Source of the DNA: Azolla caroliniana
Lineage: Eukaryota; Plantae; Polypodiophyta
DNA: 64,000 nucleotides
Direction of reading: 5' to 3'
Assembly (NCBI GenBank): GCA_043228905.1
Contig: JBHGNT010000010.1
Span: forward strand, 10,850,001-10,914,000
Part shown: one piece after another, positions 51,886-64,000 of the stretch
Numbering within the stretch: the stretch's first letter is position 1
Layout of the letters: every line of letters begins with the position of its first letter
The notes under the pieces: model-generated
The model's database searches: none
What the model was told of the DNA's origin: nothing
Seen by the model: the letters and a program-made list of their open reading frames with translations, nothing else
Made by a program: the position numbers and the translations under genes

Positions 51886-53769
51886 AACACCGGGTCATTT
51901 GAAACAGGTAATATGTCGTATTCTCTTTTGGCATAGTTGGCCAGATGTAGAAAAGTACCCTATTTTAGCCCGATATCGAAAATATATGATGCATGCGTAC
52001 CCTTTTTGCGACTTGATGGTTAAACATAGAACAAAAAAAACCTAGCAATTATTAAATTGTATATGTGTCCACATTCGTGTCAATTTGCATATCATGGAGC
52101 ACAATTGAAGACTTGGTTCAATATAAAGTTCTAAAATTGGTATCCATATTCAAATTGTAGAGTAAAACTACATAAACCGTAATTATAAATATGTGGTTTT
52201 GGGTTTAGGAATAAAGTAGTACCCCACTTGTTGGACGGGTATATCGATAGTTTCATTGTATAATGTCATATAGTTCATGACAATGTAATTGGTAAGAGTA
52301 ACAACTACGTACGACATTCATTTATACTATGTGGAACCAGTAGACTTGAACCGTAGGTAACTAAAAACCTCTTATTATCAAAAGCATTCGCCTTTTCATA
52401 TACAGTCATGCTAACGGAAATGAGAAATTACAATATCATGTTAATATCTCAAACTGAAGAAGAGCATGGTGACCAATTATATGTAAATACAAACTACGGT
52501 TCCAATAATGATTAACAAGGGAAATTATGAACAGGTGAATTTAATTAAACGATAAACAATTACAGATGTTCTCATATACAAATATAATATGAAGTGATGG
52601 TGAACATTATGCCTCAAAATCCCCGTCCGATTTTGTTGTTATCAATAACAGCACCCCATCCTCCTCGACATAGGAGAGACACCATTCAAGTTCGGGGTAA
52701 TCCTTATATTTCACCTCAACCGTTTTTTCCTCTTGCGTACTACCTTTGTTGATTTTGGTAGTAGCCACAAATGACTTGGATCCTCCTTCCCCCGTGGAGT
52801 CAAATAAAATCTTTTTACTCGTGTCCTTGATGAAGGAGCCAGAATCTCGTTTTGTCGGAGATCGAATCTTCAATCTAAATGAAGGAACTTTTTGTCTGGG
52901 TTCACTGAAATTAAAAACGTTGGTGAAAACATAGAAACAACGTACAATTTTATCTAAATCACGCAAATTATCATCTAAATTACGTCAATTTTATTGTCCC
53001 ATGCTATAGTTTTTTATCGCAAAAACAACATTTTTTTCAACGCAAATCCGTTGCACTGCATCGGAATTGCGTTGAAAGTCATGCCTTTCAACCAAAATCC
53101 GCTGCACTGCATCGGATTTGCATGACTTTCAACCAAAATCCGATGCAGTGCATCGGATTTTGGTTGAAGGTCCTGCCTTTCATAATTTCTTTCCAAGTTC
53201 GTTGTACAAAAAAAATAAAAAATTCTATGTGTTGAGGAAAGGAATCTTTAAGGAATCTTTAAGGAATGTTTAAGGAGAAAATCCCAAACATGGTGTCAAA
53301 CGAAATACAGAGAATAACCAGAAGCAATTCTCATAACCACAAAGATCTTGGGTTGGAATTGGATGAGGATAATGCTTTGATTGCCACTAATGATGAGGAT
53401 GAGACGTCAGAATGCTCTTCTAGTCCATCAGACATGTCTTAACATATTGGTTTGGTTCAAGTTGGGGATTGTTTTACTACATGTTCGGAAATTTTGTAAA
53501 TTTGTTTTGGATGTAAACTCACGAATATGTATAATTGTAACTGGTAGACATGTTGTACATTATTTTGTAATTTTGGTGATGTATTTTTGGAGGCATTTTA
53601 CTTATGCCTCAAAGTGGTAGTCATGTTGAAATTCAATATATTTTGCCACCTTTTCTGAAAAGCTTTACGCATGCGTCATGTCTTTTTGAAAACTGTGTGC
53701 TTTTGTGCCCTTTTTTGACGTAGTGTTCTCATAATGCGACATATTACCTGTTTCAAATGACCTGGTGTT
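51886..53769. mobile_element. Unclassified non-autonomous TIR DNA transposon (1884 bp) inside the 3' LTR of B
   Basis: About 37-bp TIR AACACC(G/A)GGTCATTTGAAACAGGTAATATGTCG(T/C)ATT, 4-bp TSD ATGG. The empty site is visible in the sister LTR near 57561. Confidence 0.88.
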
Positions 53770-54066
53770 ATGGATACAAGATATGTAATGAGAGCTAAAG
53801 ACAGGTGTTGATTCGAATTGATTTGAGAATACATGTATGCCCTTATTTATAGGTTCCTATAGAATAACTTAGAGATTTCTAGAATGTTCTAGAATGCTCT
53901 AGGACATTCTAGAAGATTCTAGAATAATCTAGAGGTTTTACAATAATCAATGTAATACAAGAAGTGGCTTTTATTGTTTCATATAATAATAAGCTATCTT
54001 AATGGGTGAGGTTTTCAAGTATGGATTACAAGGTTCGAGGTTCAAGTCCGGGCGATGCCATAATGG

Positions 54067-55373
54067 TCATGTGTTCATGACACTATCCCTCCTTCGAGAA
54101 CGTCGAGTGGAAGTCGGCGTTAACATTGTTGGGCCAGGCTTGTTTGGATAATGACGATGGAAGTCGTTGACCAGAGCTTCATCATTACAAACGTTATCGA
54201 TGGGTTCCCAAGTGCGATCACTCGGAGGATAACCAAGCCAATCAACTAGATAATAAAGCTTATTGCGCACAATCTTAGAATCGAGAATAGCAGCTACCTC
54301 GTATTCGGGGCCGTCCACAAGTTGTACAGAGGGCGGTGGTGGCACGACACGATTAGGAATTAAAGAGCTGCGGCAAGGTTCCAAAAGAGAGCTATGAAAG
54401 ACAGGGTGAAGCCGCATATGTGCAGGAAGGTTAAGACGAAATGTTGCATCATTAATCTGCGCCATGTGACAAAAGGACCTAAGCGTTGATAGTCAAGCTT
54501 AGCACACGGTCGGGTAGTCTTGATGTGACGACGAAGCAACCATACACGGTCACCAACCTTAAACGAAGACTTAAGACGATGTCGATCGGCATTGGTCTTA
54601 TGGTGTGCTTGCGCTTTCTGAAGATGTGATGATAACTCGAACTGGATTTGTTGTAGTCGGTGGAGGTGATGCGCCACACTAGGGTTTCGTGACACCTCAG
54701 GAAGATCCAATATACACCATCGAGGGTGGTTGCCAGTGTAGGCAAAGAAAGGTGTAACTTTGGTAGAAGAGTGGACCGTGTTGTTGTATGCAAACTCGGC
54801 AAGATGTAAAATATTACTCCAATCATCTTGTTGATAACTAATGAAACATCGAAGATATTGCTCGAGCGTTTGATTTGTGCGCTCTGTTTGTTCGTCAGTT
54901 TGTGGATGATAAGCCGAAGAGAGTTTGCAAGAGATTTTGAGGCCTGCCCATAGGTGCTTCCAAAAGTGTGAGATAAATTGAGGACCTCGATCGCTAATAA
55001 TATCATTCGGGAGACCATGATGGCGAAACACTTCACGCATAATGAGATATGCAGTTTCTTCACTATTGATGGTCTTTACACATGGTACAAAATGTGCCAT
55101 CTTGGTGAACTGATCCACTACTGTTAAAATAGTATCCATAATGAAATCCATAGAAATAGACTGCCATGGCTTGTTGGGAGGGGGTAATGGTTGTAGTAAG
55201 CCATAAGGGTGATGCCGAGGTATTTTGGCGCAACCACAAGAGTCACAAGTGCGAACATAATCTTCGACAAATTTTTGCAAGTGAGGCCACCAAAACGAAC
55301 GTTTCACCAGCTCAATGGTCTTGGAAATACCAAAATGTCCAGCCATGGGGGCATCATGACAATGTTCCAACAC
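54067..55373 (-). pseudogene. Integrase and chromodomain of element B (frameshifted)
   Basis: CHDAPMAGHFG...CDSC, WQSISMDFI, IISDRGPQF, LGPF, PEYEVAAILDSK...YLVDWLGYPPSDRTWEP. Confidence 0.9.
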
Positions 55374-56231
55374 TTGAAGTCGGGGTGATCCGTCGGGGAC
55401 GTAAAGGAGATTCTTGTAGAAGAGTAAGCCATCTTGCCACTTGAAGTCCTAATAATGTTGAGATGACCTTGGCAATGTGGAGCAAGATGGACGACTTGAA
55501 CCACAATGGATGACCGATGCTTTGGAAGAACACTAGCTTTGACTTTGTCAAAAACATCAGCATAGTCTTGATATTTTTTGGGAATTTGGATGTCTGAATT
55601 CCCTTGAGTGACACTAGAAGGTGTCATTGATACTGCAAATAAGAAAAGGTCCTCCTTGCCTCCCACTTGGCACAATTGTTGCAATGTGATGGCGGAAATT
55701 TGATGAGAAGGATATGGTGCATCGGTAGAACTATATACTTTAGGAGGATAATCCTGAGTTCGATCCTTGACAATGATATTTTCTGCTAAAGGGCACCTAA
55801 TTTCTCGCTTCCTCCAATCGATTCTAGGGTTATGTAGCTCGAACCATGGCAAACCGAGGACAATTGGATGCTCAGGACTACGGATTATGTTAAAGGAAAC
55901 TACACATCCAATCACCCAAGAGTATGTGTATTGGCTCAGACTCTTCAAATATCTTCCCGGAAGCTATGGGGCATCCATCAATCACTACTATGGGAAACTA
56001 GACAAGGAAGTGTATGCAAGGATATTTGGTGTTTTTGGGCAAAATTTCTATCCATGAAACAAGACTTGGCTCCAATATCTAAGAGGACTTGGACTTGAAG
56101 TTGACAACTGGGTGTCCTAACTTGTACTAGGGCTGAGAAGACTCTACTAACATGCTTGGAAGAAATGGAACCCACACTAGGTTGTACATATCTAGGGTTG
56201 TCCAACTAAATGGCTCCTATTTTGGCCGGAC

Positions 56232-57371
56232 TTATTCGTTTGAATCCTCTTCTAATTGGCTTAGAACTTCAAATTTATTGGACAAGGGTGGATTATTCAT
56301 AATATTAGATTCACTAACTACTTCTAAAATGTTGGACTCATTTTTATTGTCATAGTGAATTTGATTTACCTGACGTCTCGGCCTACGGGAGCAATGAATG
56401 GCTATATGTCCTGGACCTCCACAATATAAGCATAGATGGTTTGCTCGACGACGTCGCTTCTCTTCGTCTGACAATGGTCCTCGTCGTTGAGTCATATCGA
56501 TCTCCATGGGTGCAGGAGTATCCATTGGGACTGGACTACGTGTTTGCCTTGGAGTTGGAGCGGGGCTATACATTTGTCTTGGGGACGATTGCGCCGTTAC
56601 TGATGCATAAGTTGGTGTGAATCTTGATCTTGTTATTTGTTGTTGTCGCTCACATTGACGCTCAAAAAGGCGATTATAACACCGTATTGCTCGACTAATA
56701 GCTTCTGTAAGTGACCTTGGATCCTCGGGGAAGGTAAGAAGTAAGTCTTTGACATCACTACGAAGGCCTGAACGGAATTGCTCCATTAGGGCTTGTTCAT
56801 CCCAAGGAATATCGCTTGTGATGAGATGGAAATTGGCAGCATATGTCGAAGCTGGTTGATCACCTTGACAAAGTGTACGAATCTTGTTAATAGTTGTTCT
56901 CGCCCCATCAGTATCTCCGAAACAAGCCTTAAATTCCTTGATAAATTCCTCGAAATTATTTAGTAGAGGAGAATTGGTCTCTAGTAATGGCGCAAACCAC
57001 GACAATGCTATGCCAGTCAATAAGGTGCCCACTAGCCCGACTCGTGATGCATCTGTTGGATAATGCGCGGGATGCATTTGAATCACCAACCGTACTTGAT
57101 TCAAGAAACCTCGGAAATGCGCCCTCGACCCATCAAATTTAGCTGGGAGTCCCTGACCTTCAACCCTTTGTTGTTGTAACACTACGATTGTGGACTCTAA
57201 CTGTTGCACTCATCGCGTGAAATCCTCTTGTTGTTGTTGCTTCTCTACAGTAACCTTTTGTAGATCCCCAAGTAGACGTTGATTCTCCACTTCAAGAGAT
57301 GCGAACTTGGATTTAAGGTTCTCCATTTCTGCAACAAGAGTGAGATATTCTTCTGAGTTAATGGCAGCCAT
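56232..57371 (-). pseudogene. Gag of element B (one frameshift near 57210)
   Basis: PAKFDGSR...LLTGIALSWF...PAPMEID...LCLYCGGPGHIAIHC. Confidence 0.88.
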
Positions 57372-57396
57372 GGTTTCAGGATAGTTACGAAGGAGG

Positions 57397-57431
<35 letters not shown>

Positions 57432-57436
<5 letters not shown>

Positions 57437-57443
57437 GAATCAA
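57432..57443 (-). promoter_or_regulatory. Self-priming (Tf1-type) primer-binding site of element B
   Basis: 12-nt exact inverted complement of LTR segment 57599-57610, which starts about 32 nt downstream of the minus-strand TATA (CCTATAAATA, 57635-57644). No TGG tRNA-type PBS is present. Confidence 0.75.
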
Positions 57444-60400
57444 ACTATCAGAACCAAGGATAAAAGATAGAGTGATGGAAGAAGGATATTAGAGAACACG
57501 AGCAGAAAGGAACGAAATACTAAGAGAAGAGCGGATGTATAAGATAGAGAAAGAAAGAGAATGGATACAAGATATGTAATGAGAGCTAAAGACTGGTGTT
57601 GATTCGAATTGATTTGAGAATACATGTATGCCCGTATTTATAGGTTCCTATAGAATAACTTAGAGATTTCTAGAATGTTCTAGACCTAGAATGCTCTAGG
57701 ACATTCTAGAACATTCTAGAATAATCTAGAGGTTTTACAATAATCGATGTAATACAAGAAGTAGCTTTTATTGTTTCATATAACAATAAGCTATCTTAAT
57801 GGTTGAGGTTTTCAAGTATGGATTACAAGGTTCGAGGTTCAAGTCCGGGTGATGCCATAATGGTCATGTGTTCATGACACCCGGTGGAGGATAAGGACGA
57901 GATAATCGGACCGGACGGATGCTGGAAATTTGTGGTGGACCACGTCGATGATTGCGAGAAGGTGTTGCGAAGACTAGAGGGCGCGAGGCTCACCTTCTCC
58001 GGGGAAAAATCGGCTTTTGGGCAATCGTAGATCATGGTCGTCGGACACCTATGCAGGCCATTCGGTCGGAAATCGTCGCTGGCCAAGGTAGAGTCCATCT
58101 CCGTGATCAAGCGCGACTGCAATTCGGTTACAGAAGTCCGGAGATTCCTTGGACCATGCTCGTTCCACCATATCTGGATCCCGCATTATGCCCACGTCAC
58201 GAAGCTGCTCTATGGATTGCTGAAGAAAGGGCGTAAATTCGAGTGGAGAGAGGAGCATACGGAGTCGGTCCGGAAAATGAAAGAAGCACTCGCTACGGCG
58301 TTGGCACTCCGGAAAGCGGTCTACGGTAAAGACATTCCGATTTATGTGACCGTAGACACGAGTCCAACCAGAATCGGATAGGTGATCAGCCAGGAGGATG
58401 AAAATGGCACGAGGCTCCCCATCCGGTTTGGTGCGAAAGTACTCAGTGAACGATAACGAGGGTACGCCCAGGTTAAACGTGAACTCTGGGGTATCGTTTC
58501 GATGGTCAAGGCCGACAAAGACTACCTGATTAGGATGGAGGTGATAATTGAGACAGACTACCTACCGATCCTCGATATGGTTTCCGGATGCGCGACACCG
58601 GACCTGGCAATGCTCAAGTGGATAGCGTACATCAAGTCCCTGAATCCGGAAATTCGACACATTTCCGGAAAAGACAACGCCATGGCCGACATGCTTTCGA
58701 GGACGAGATTCGATGAAGAGGGCGACATGGTTTCGGAGGACGAGGAAGTCGACGTGGACTTCTTCGAGACGGCTTACATAACGACAGGGGAGGGGAGCAC
58801 TCCGGCGCTTAACAAGTTCGATGAGAGCAAGTAGGACAGGGAGTGGCTCCAGATTGGTGGGTTCCTGAAGACAATGACACCGGATGCGGCGTGGACGAAG
58901 GAAGAGGCCAACCGGATTCGGAAGAAAGCGTACTGATTCTTCCTATGGGATGGGGGCATCTAGAAACACCCGACGAAGAGAAACGGCGTTCCGTTCCGGG
59001 TGGTGGCGAAGAAAGAGGAACAGGAGGAATTGTTGGCAGCGTACCACGAAAGTCCCTGGGCTGGAGGACACCGCAGGACGTGGGTCACATTCGAGAAGCT
59101 AAAGGGGAAGTATTGGTGGCCGGGACTATACCAGGACGTGCATCGGTTCATGACGACTTGCGAAAGCTATCAGATGCACTCCACAATCTGACATCGGGAC
59201 GAGCTTCACCCAACCTACCCTCCGATTGTCCACTTCAAGTGGATGGTGGATCTAGTGACGATGCTGATGCGATATCTGGTGCTGGCTCGAGAGGACCTGA
59301 CGAACCAGGTGAAAGGGCGAGCATTGCCGAACAAAACGACTGCGGTCGTGTGCCGATTTCTGATCGAAGAAGTGGTATGCCGGTACGGGTGTGTAGGAAA
59401 GATCATAGCCGACCGCGGAGATTTGGACGCACAAGAGGCTGAAGAGCTGTTTGACTGGCTAGGGGTTAAACTCTCGCTCACCACGGCGTACAATCCCGAG
59501 GCGAACAGGAAGGTGGAACGCGGACACGGGCCGATCGTCAAAGCGTTAGTGCGGGCATGTGGCAGCCAAGTCGGAAACTGGTCGTGGCTCTTACCCTATG
59601 CGTTGTGGGCCGACCGAACTACGCACAGTTCGGTAACCGGGTTCATGCTGGCGGAGCTAATGTACGGGCAAAAGCCGGTCATGCCAATGGAGCGAACGAT
59701 CTCCTCATGGGCCACGATGGACTGGAGAGACGAGATGACCTAGGAGGAGTTGTTAGCGGCACGGATCCGATAGCTCGAGCGAAGACCGGAGGATGTGGAA
59801 CGAGCCGTGGAAAAGTTGCAGGCCGCGAGGGTAAAGAACAAGGAACGATTCGACCGGACTCACCGACTAAGGTCGAAGAAAATCTAGGAAGGCGACTGGG
59901 TTCTAGTATATGACAGTAGCCTTGACAACCAACACAAGGTGATGCAGAAGTTCGCAAGGAGGTGGTTCGGGCCTTACGTGGTGACAAGCGCTAACGACAA
60001 CGGAACCTAGCATCTCGCGGAGCTTGACGGGACGAGGATGGTAGTACCGGTGGCCGGTAAAAGGATCAAAGCGTTCAAAAAGCGGCACGAGGATGAACCG
60101 AACCTGGACGACCGGTTCGGAGCGAATGGCGATCTAGAGGACGAAGGGTAAGCGCGGGCCGGTCTTCTCAGACAAGAGTCTATTTTGGCGCATACCGGTG
60201 GATGCGCGGTTAGGTGGGGGCGGATGTCGTGGAGAAAACCGTCCCTAGGCGGAATCGGAGAATGATGTGCACGAACCGGCCCTTACATGCGGGCACAAGT
60301 TTTGTTGTAATGTACATATTTAAGTACAAGTCGGTTGATGTGAATATCCTAGGTCGCACAGATTTGATAGGTAGGAAATTGAGGCATATCTCTGTCCGAA

Positions 60401-62192
60401 AGGACAGAGAATAAAGAGGATGTAACAAGTTGTAAAGGCCTCCCTCCTTGGGCTATAAAAGAGAGGGAGAGGAATCGTAAAAGGGATCGCTTTTGTCGAG
60501 GACGAAGTGCTGTCGGACTAGGACGAAGCTCTTCTCCTCCGTCTTGCTCTATATTTGCTCTGTGTAGGTTACATGGTCGTTGTGGAAGCCGGCAAGGAGA
60601 TAATCTAGATGAAGGACTTCTTCGGAGAGCTAGGGATCCAACAGGAGGAATACCGACTCTATTGCGACAGTCAAAGTGCCATCTACCTTGCAAAGAACGC
60701 GGCCTACCATTCCCGGATGAAACATATCCAGCGAAGGTACCACTGGATCCGGGAAAGAGTAGAAGATCAAGAGTTCATGCTGACCAAGATCCACACGGAG
60801 GAGAACGGGTTGGATATGTTGACCAAAGTGTTAACAACCGGATGGGATCTGGTTATGAATGAAGAGGACCCAGTGAGAACCGGAAGAGATCCGGAAACCG
60901 GATCGGATGGACCCGGTGAGAACCGAAAGAGAAGACATATTTGTAAATATGTTTTGAGTAAGCCAATTGAGGCTATATTTGTAAATAGCCCTAAGTTCAC
61001 ATAAGTATAAATATGACTTAGGGCAATGATCACTCTGTAAGTGTTGGAGGTGTTGTCATATTGTTGTATGTGCATAACTGTTATATAGACTAAGAGAGGG
61101 GGAGAGAGAGTAGCTACGAGCGCTTTCTGTTGTAACTGCCGTCTGGCGAAGATCGCGAGCACGAGGTTGTTGCCTTTGTGTCTCCACTTTGTATTTCCTC
61201 TCATATAGTGATAGTTCGGAGTCTGTGGGCTTCCGTGGTTTTTCCCTATTAGGGTTTTCCACGTAAACATCATGTGTACTCTCTATAGTTCATGTGTGTA
61301 CATGCGTTCACTCCCTACTTCCCATTTCTGTGTTTGATTTTCATTGAAGTGATTCAAGACTCGGCTGTGGCCAAGCAATATTCCGTGTCATTACTCTTCA
61401 GGATTATGCAGATCGTCATCGGCTTCCATTCAGTTTTAACATTGGAGATCAGGTATGGCTATTACGATGACACATCAAGACTACTCGCCCATGCGATAAA
61501 TTGGACTATTGATGATTAAGTCCTTTTCGGATTATTGGAAAAATTAATGATGTCGCTTTTTGTCTCAATCTACCTCCGCAACTACGGAATCCAGATACAT
61601 CTCATTTTTCATAGTTCTCTTCTCGAACCGTATCAAGACAACACTATTCCAAATCGTATTACAGCACTTCCACCCCCGATCAAGCTTGAAGCAGGACCGG
61701 AGTACGAAGTAGCTGGCATCCTCGATTCCAAGATTGTTCGCAACAACCTCTACTATTTGGTCGATTGGCTAGGCTATAGTCCAAGCGAGTGTACTTGGGA
61801 ACCAGTCGAGAATGTGGTAAAGGCTGGAGCTCTTGTTGAGGACTTTCATTGACAATATCCCAACAAGCCAGGTCCTCCATCTAAGATAACACTCGTCATC
61901 TTAAGGGGCGGGTAGTGTCATGGCATTGCATGGTATGGCTTCAAAAGGAGTTGAACACATGACCTTGTGTCACATGGGTTTAGGGTTTAGGGTAATACAA
62001 AAAAATTTATTTCCATTTATTATTTCACATAGGAAATCCATGTATTTTCTAGATTTCTCTCGAACATTCTAGAAATGTCAAAAGTATTCCTAAGCCACTA
62101 TAAAAAGAGACACATGGCATTATTGAGAACCAAATCGGTTCAACGCCAATCTTAAGCCTCCTAGCTATTCCTATATATTCTCTTCATATAAT

Positions 62193-64000
62193 TGTTGGCA
62201 TAAAAGGTCGACTCCTTCCAACTTGTATCCATCCGAGTGTGAACTCGTCCACATAGTTAGGACTTAGTATATAAGCAATAACCTAATGTTGTAAACAACA
62301 ACGAACAAAAACACATTGTATCAAGTCTCTAAGTGAGAGAGAGAGAGAGAGAGAAAGAGAGAAAGAGAACGTAATAATGCTTTCCATTAAAGCTCGTTTC
62401 TATCTAAGTCTCTGCCTTCCTCCCTTTTTGTGTTGTTTTCTGAGTCAATAAACAGGTTCTCATACGCTTCCGCATACACACACACCTACCAACTTTCCAC
62501 AACTGGTATCAGAGTAACCTTGTTGTTTGGCGGCAACAAACAGAAGAAGCTCAAAAGAAAAAGACGAGGTCAGTAAAAATCTCACTTTTCATAGAAGAAT
62601 ATGGCTTCAACATCCGGAACAGGAGTTGAAATCAGAAAGTTCGATGGCAAAAAATTTGCACTTTGGAAGGAGATTAATCGGCAGAAGCCCATCAATCGAT
62701 CGAGTCGTTCGACCGACAGAGTCGTACGAGAGAACACACCGATAGAACCGGTCGGAATATCAACCGACCAAAAACGAGGGGAGACCGACAACGGTCGAAC
62801 TCGAGAACAGGCCGATCAGGCAAATTCTACACACACTGCAGAAAACCTGGCCATAATGTTTCCAACTATTGTTCAATCAAGAGGAAAGAGAGTGCTCGGC
62901 GATCCGAGCGGAATCGAGGAAGACCCGACTCGGACCACTCTCCAGTCGGCAACCAAATCAACGTTGTCGACTCCCGATCAGGAGAAGTTCTCTCCTTAGA
63001 GCATTCAGTGATCGAAGAAGTCCTCTACAATGCACAGGATGCACACACATGGCTACTGGATTTCGGTGCCACATTCCATGTGACCCCCAACATTGAATGG
63101 TTTTCGGACTATTTAGCCGATGCCAGTGGCACAGTCCGTATAGGCAATGGCAAGGAGTGCAGAATTGCAGGGACCAGAGAGGTTCCTATCCGATTACCAA
63201 ATGGCAACACAATAACCCTGCATCGAGTTTGGCATGTACCGGATCTGAAAAGGAGTCTGGTCTTCATCGGCATGCTAGTCGAAGACGGGTACAAAACGAC
63301 TCTAAGTGAGTCAGTATGGATGATCAGCCGAGGAAACTTGAAAATAGGAGGCGGGCACAAGTACAACAACCTGTACCCATCAATGGCGATAAATCCAGAA
63401 GGGGTCGTGAACTTAGCCGAAAAGACCGACCCAAACTTATGGCATGGCCGACTCGGTCACATGTCTCAAGCTGGACTTGATCGGTTGATGGCGGTAGGCT
63501 ACATCCCGAAACTCGAAGCAAAAACGGACTCCTGTGAGCATTGTGGATATGGGAAACAGACCCGTAGTCCGCACACTCTCGACTACGGGACGTTACGACA
63601 ACCCCTAGAGCTCATGCACACAGATATATGTGGGCCCATGCCAAAGCGATCATTAGGAGGCTCTCAGTACTTAATCACCTTTGCAAATGACTGTACACGG
63701 AAGGTCTGGGCCTACTCAACCAGGTCCAAAGACGAAGCACTCGAAGTCTTCACTTTGTGGATATCTGAAGTGGAGAACCGGTCGAGACACAGAGTGAAGG
63801 CACTCAGATCCGACAATGGAGGTGAGTACCCGTCCAGAGCCTTCAAATAGTACCTGTCCAACAAAGGGATCTGACATCAAAAGACCATTCCCTACACACC
63901 CATGCAAAATGGAGTGATAGAACGGATCAACAGAACGATCCAAGAGATGGTGATGGCAATGCTTCAACAAGTCGGACTCCAGCAGGAATTCTAGGTAGAA
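62193..64000 (+). mobile_element. Copia element inserted in the 3' LTR of A: 5' LTR 62193-62501, Met PBS, truncated gag, PR-INT
   Basis: TGTTGG...CCACA, TGGTATCAGAG at 62504, MASTSGTGVEIRKFDG, ORF 63008-63850 with WLLDFGA, WHGRLGH, CEHC, ALRSDNGGEY. Runs off the window. Confidence 0.9.

Larger units (their letters stand above)
51767..57879 (-). mobile_element. Chromoviral Gypsy (Tcn1-like) element B with RT/RH deleted, inserted in the RT of D
   Basis: Perfect TSD CCCGG (51762-51766 and 57880-57884); 5' LTR 57446-57879; 3' LTR 51767-54082 (interrupted); PPT GAAGGAGGGATAG; gag, PR (LLDIGAKSCFMD), INT, chromodomain. Confidence 0.93.
46987..60570 (+). mobile_element. Non-chromoviral Gypsy element D of the seed-free-plant/fungal type, inserted in the integrase of C
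   Basis: 5' LTR 46987-47658; PBS TGGTGAACCCGACGTGA 47663-47679; gag from 47702; PR LVDHGLEINLM; RT (TVPHVPWN...WFTVPKKNGTLRFIQDLQPVN...PFLDDIPIKG); RH and INT to ~60100; PPT AGGTGGGGGCGGA; 3' LTR 60225-60570 truncated. Confidence 0.9.
40307..61400 (+). mobile_element. Copia element C, inserted in the integrase of A
   Basis: Perfect TSD GGATT (40302-40306 and 61401-61405); 5' LTR 40307-40855; degenerate Met PBS TAGTATCAAAGC; gag 40885-41467 and from 45790; PR WVVDSG; INT to 46986; RNase H 60571-60838; 5'-truncated 3' LTR 60839-61400. RT is deleted. Confidence 0.9.
30892..62192 (+). mobile_element. Chromoviral Gypsy (Tcn1-like) element A, heavily interrupted
   Basis: LTR 30892-31296; gag 31357-31836 and ~36200-36420 (LCLYCGGPGH); RT ~36800-37520 ([21 protein letters not shown]); INT 38570-40306 resuming at 61406; chromodomain (PEYEVAGILDSK...YLVDWLGY); PPT AAGGGGCGGGTAG; 3' LTR from 61916, cut at 62192. 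Confidence 0.85.

Noticed and set aside
51886-53769. CACTA classification
   Set aside because: The termini are AACACC, not CACTA/CACTG, and the TSD is not 3 bp.

Overview
Eukaryotic plant nuclear DNA, probably from a seed-free land plant such as a fern or lycophyte (inferred from Tcn1-like self-priming chromoviruses and a fungal-type Gypsy). It holds one intact host gene, an 11-exon RNA polymerase III subunit C4 (RPC4/NRPC4; 13014-22420, +, about 345 aa). Most of the rest is nested and degraded LTR retrotransposons (Copia, chromoviral and non-chromoviral Gypsy), three small TIR DNA elements and a LINE remnant; nesting reaches about six levels, many bounded by target-site duplications (TSDs). 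The most unusual signal is in four diverged members of one Athila/Tat-like Gypsy family. Each carries a sense-strand copy of a tRNA-Arg-like 3' end (ending in CCA) exactly 2 nt before the 3' LTR, where the polypurine tract should be, which suggests tRNA-primed plus-strand synthesis. The same family has a ~920-aa extra ORF after integrase and a young pol-less derivative with Gag fused in frame to it. Three unrelated LTR families carry tRNA-like Pol III A/B-box cassettes. Coordinates were read by eye and tRNA/family assignments are from memory, not from searches.
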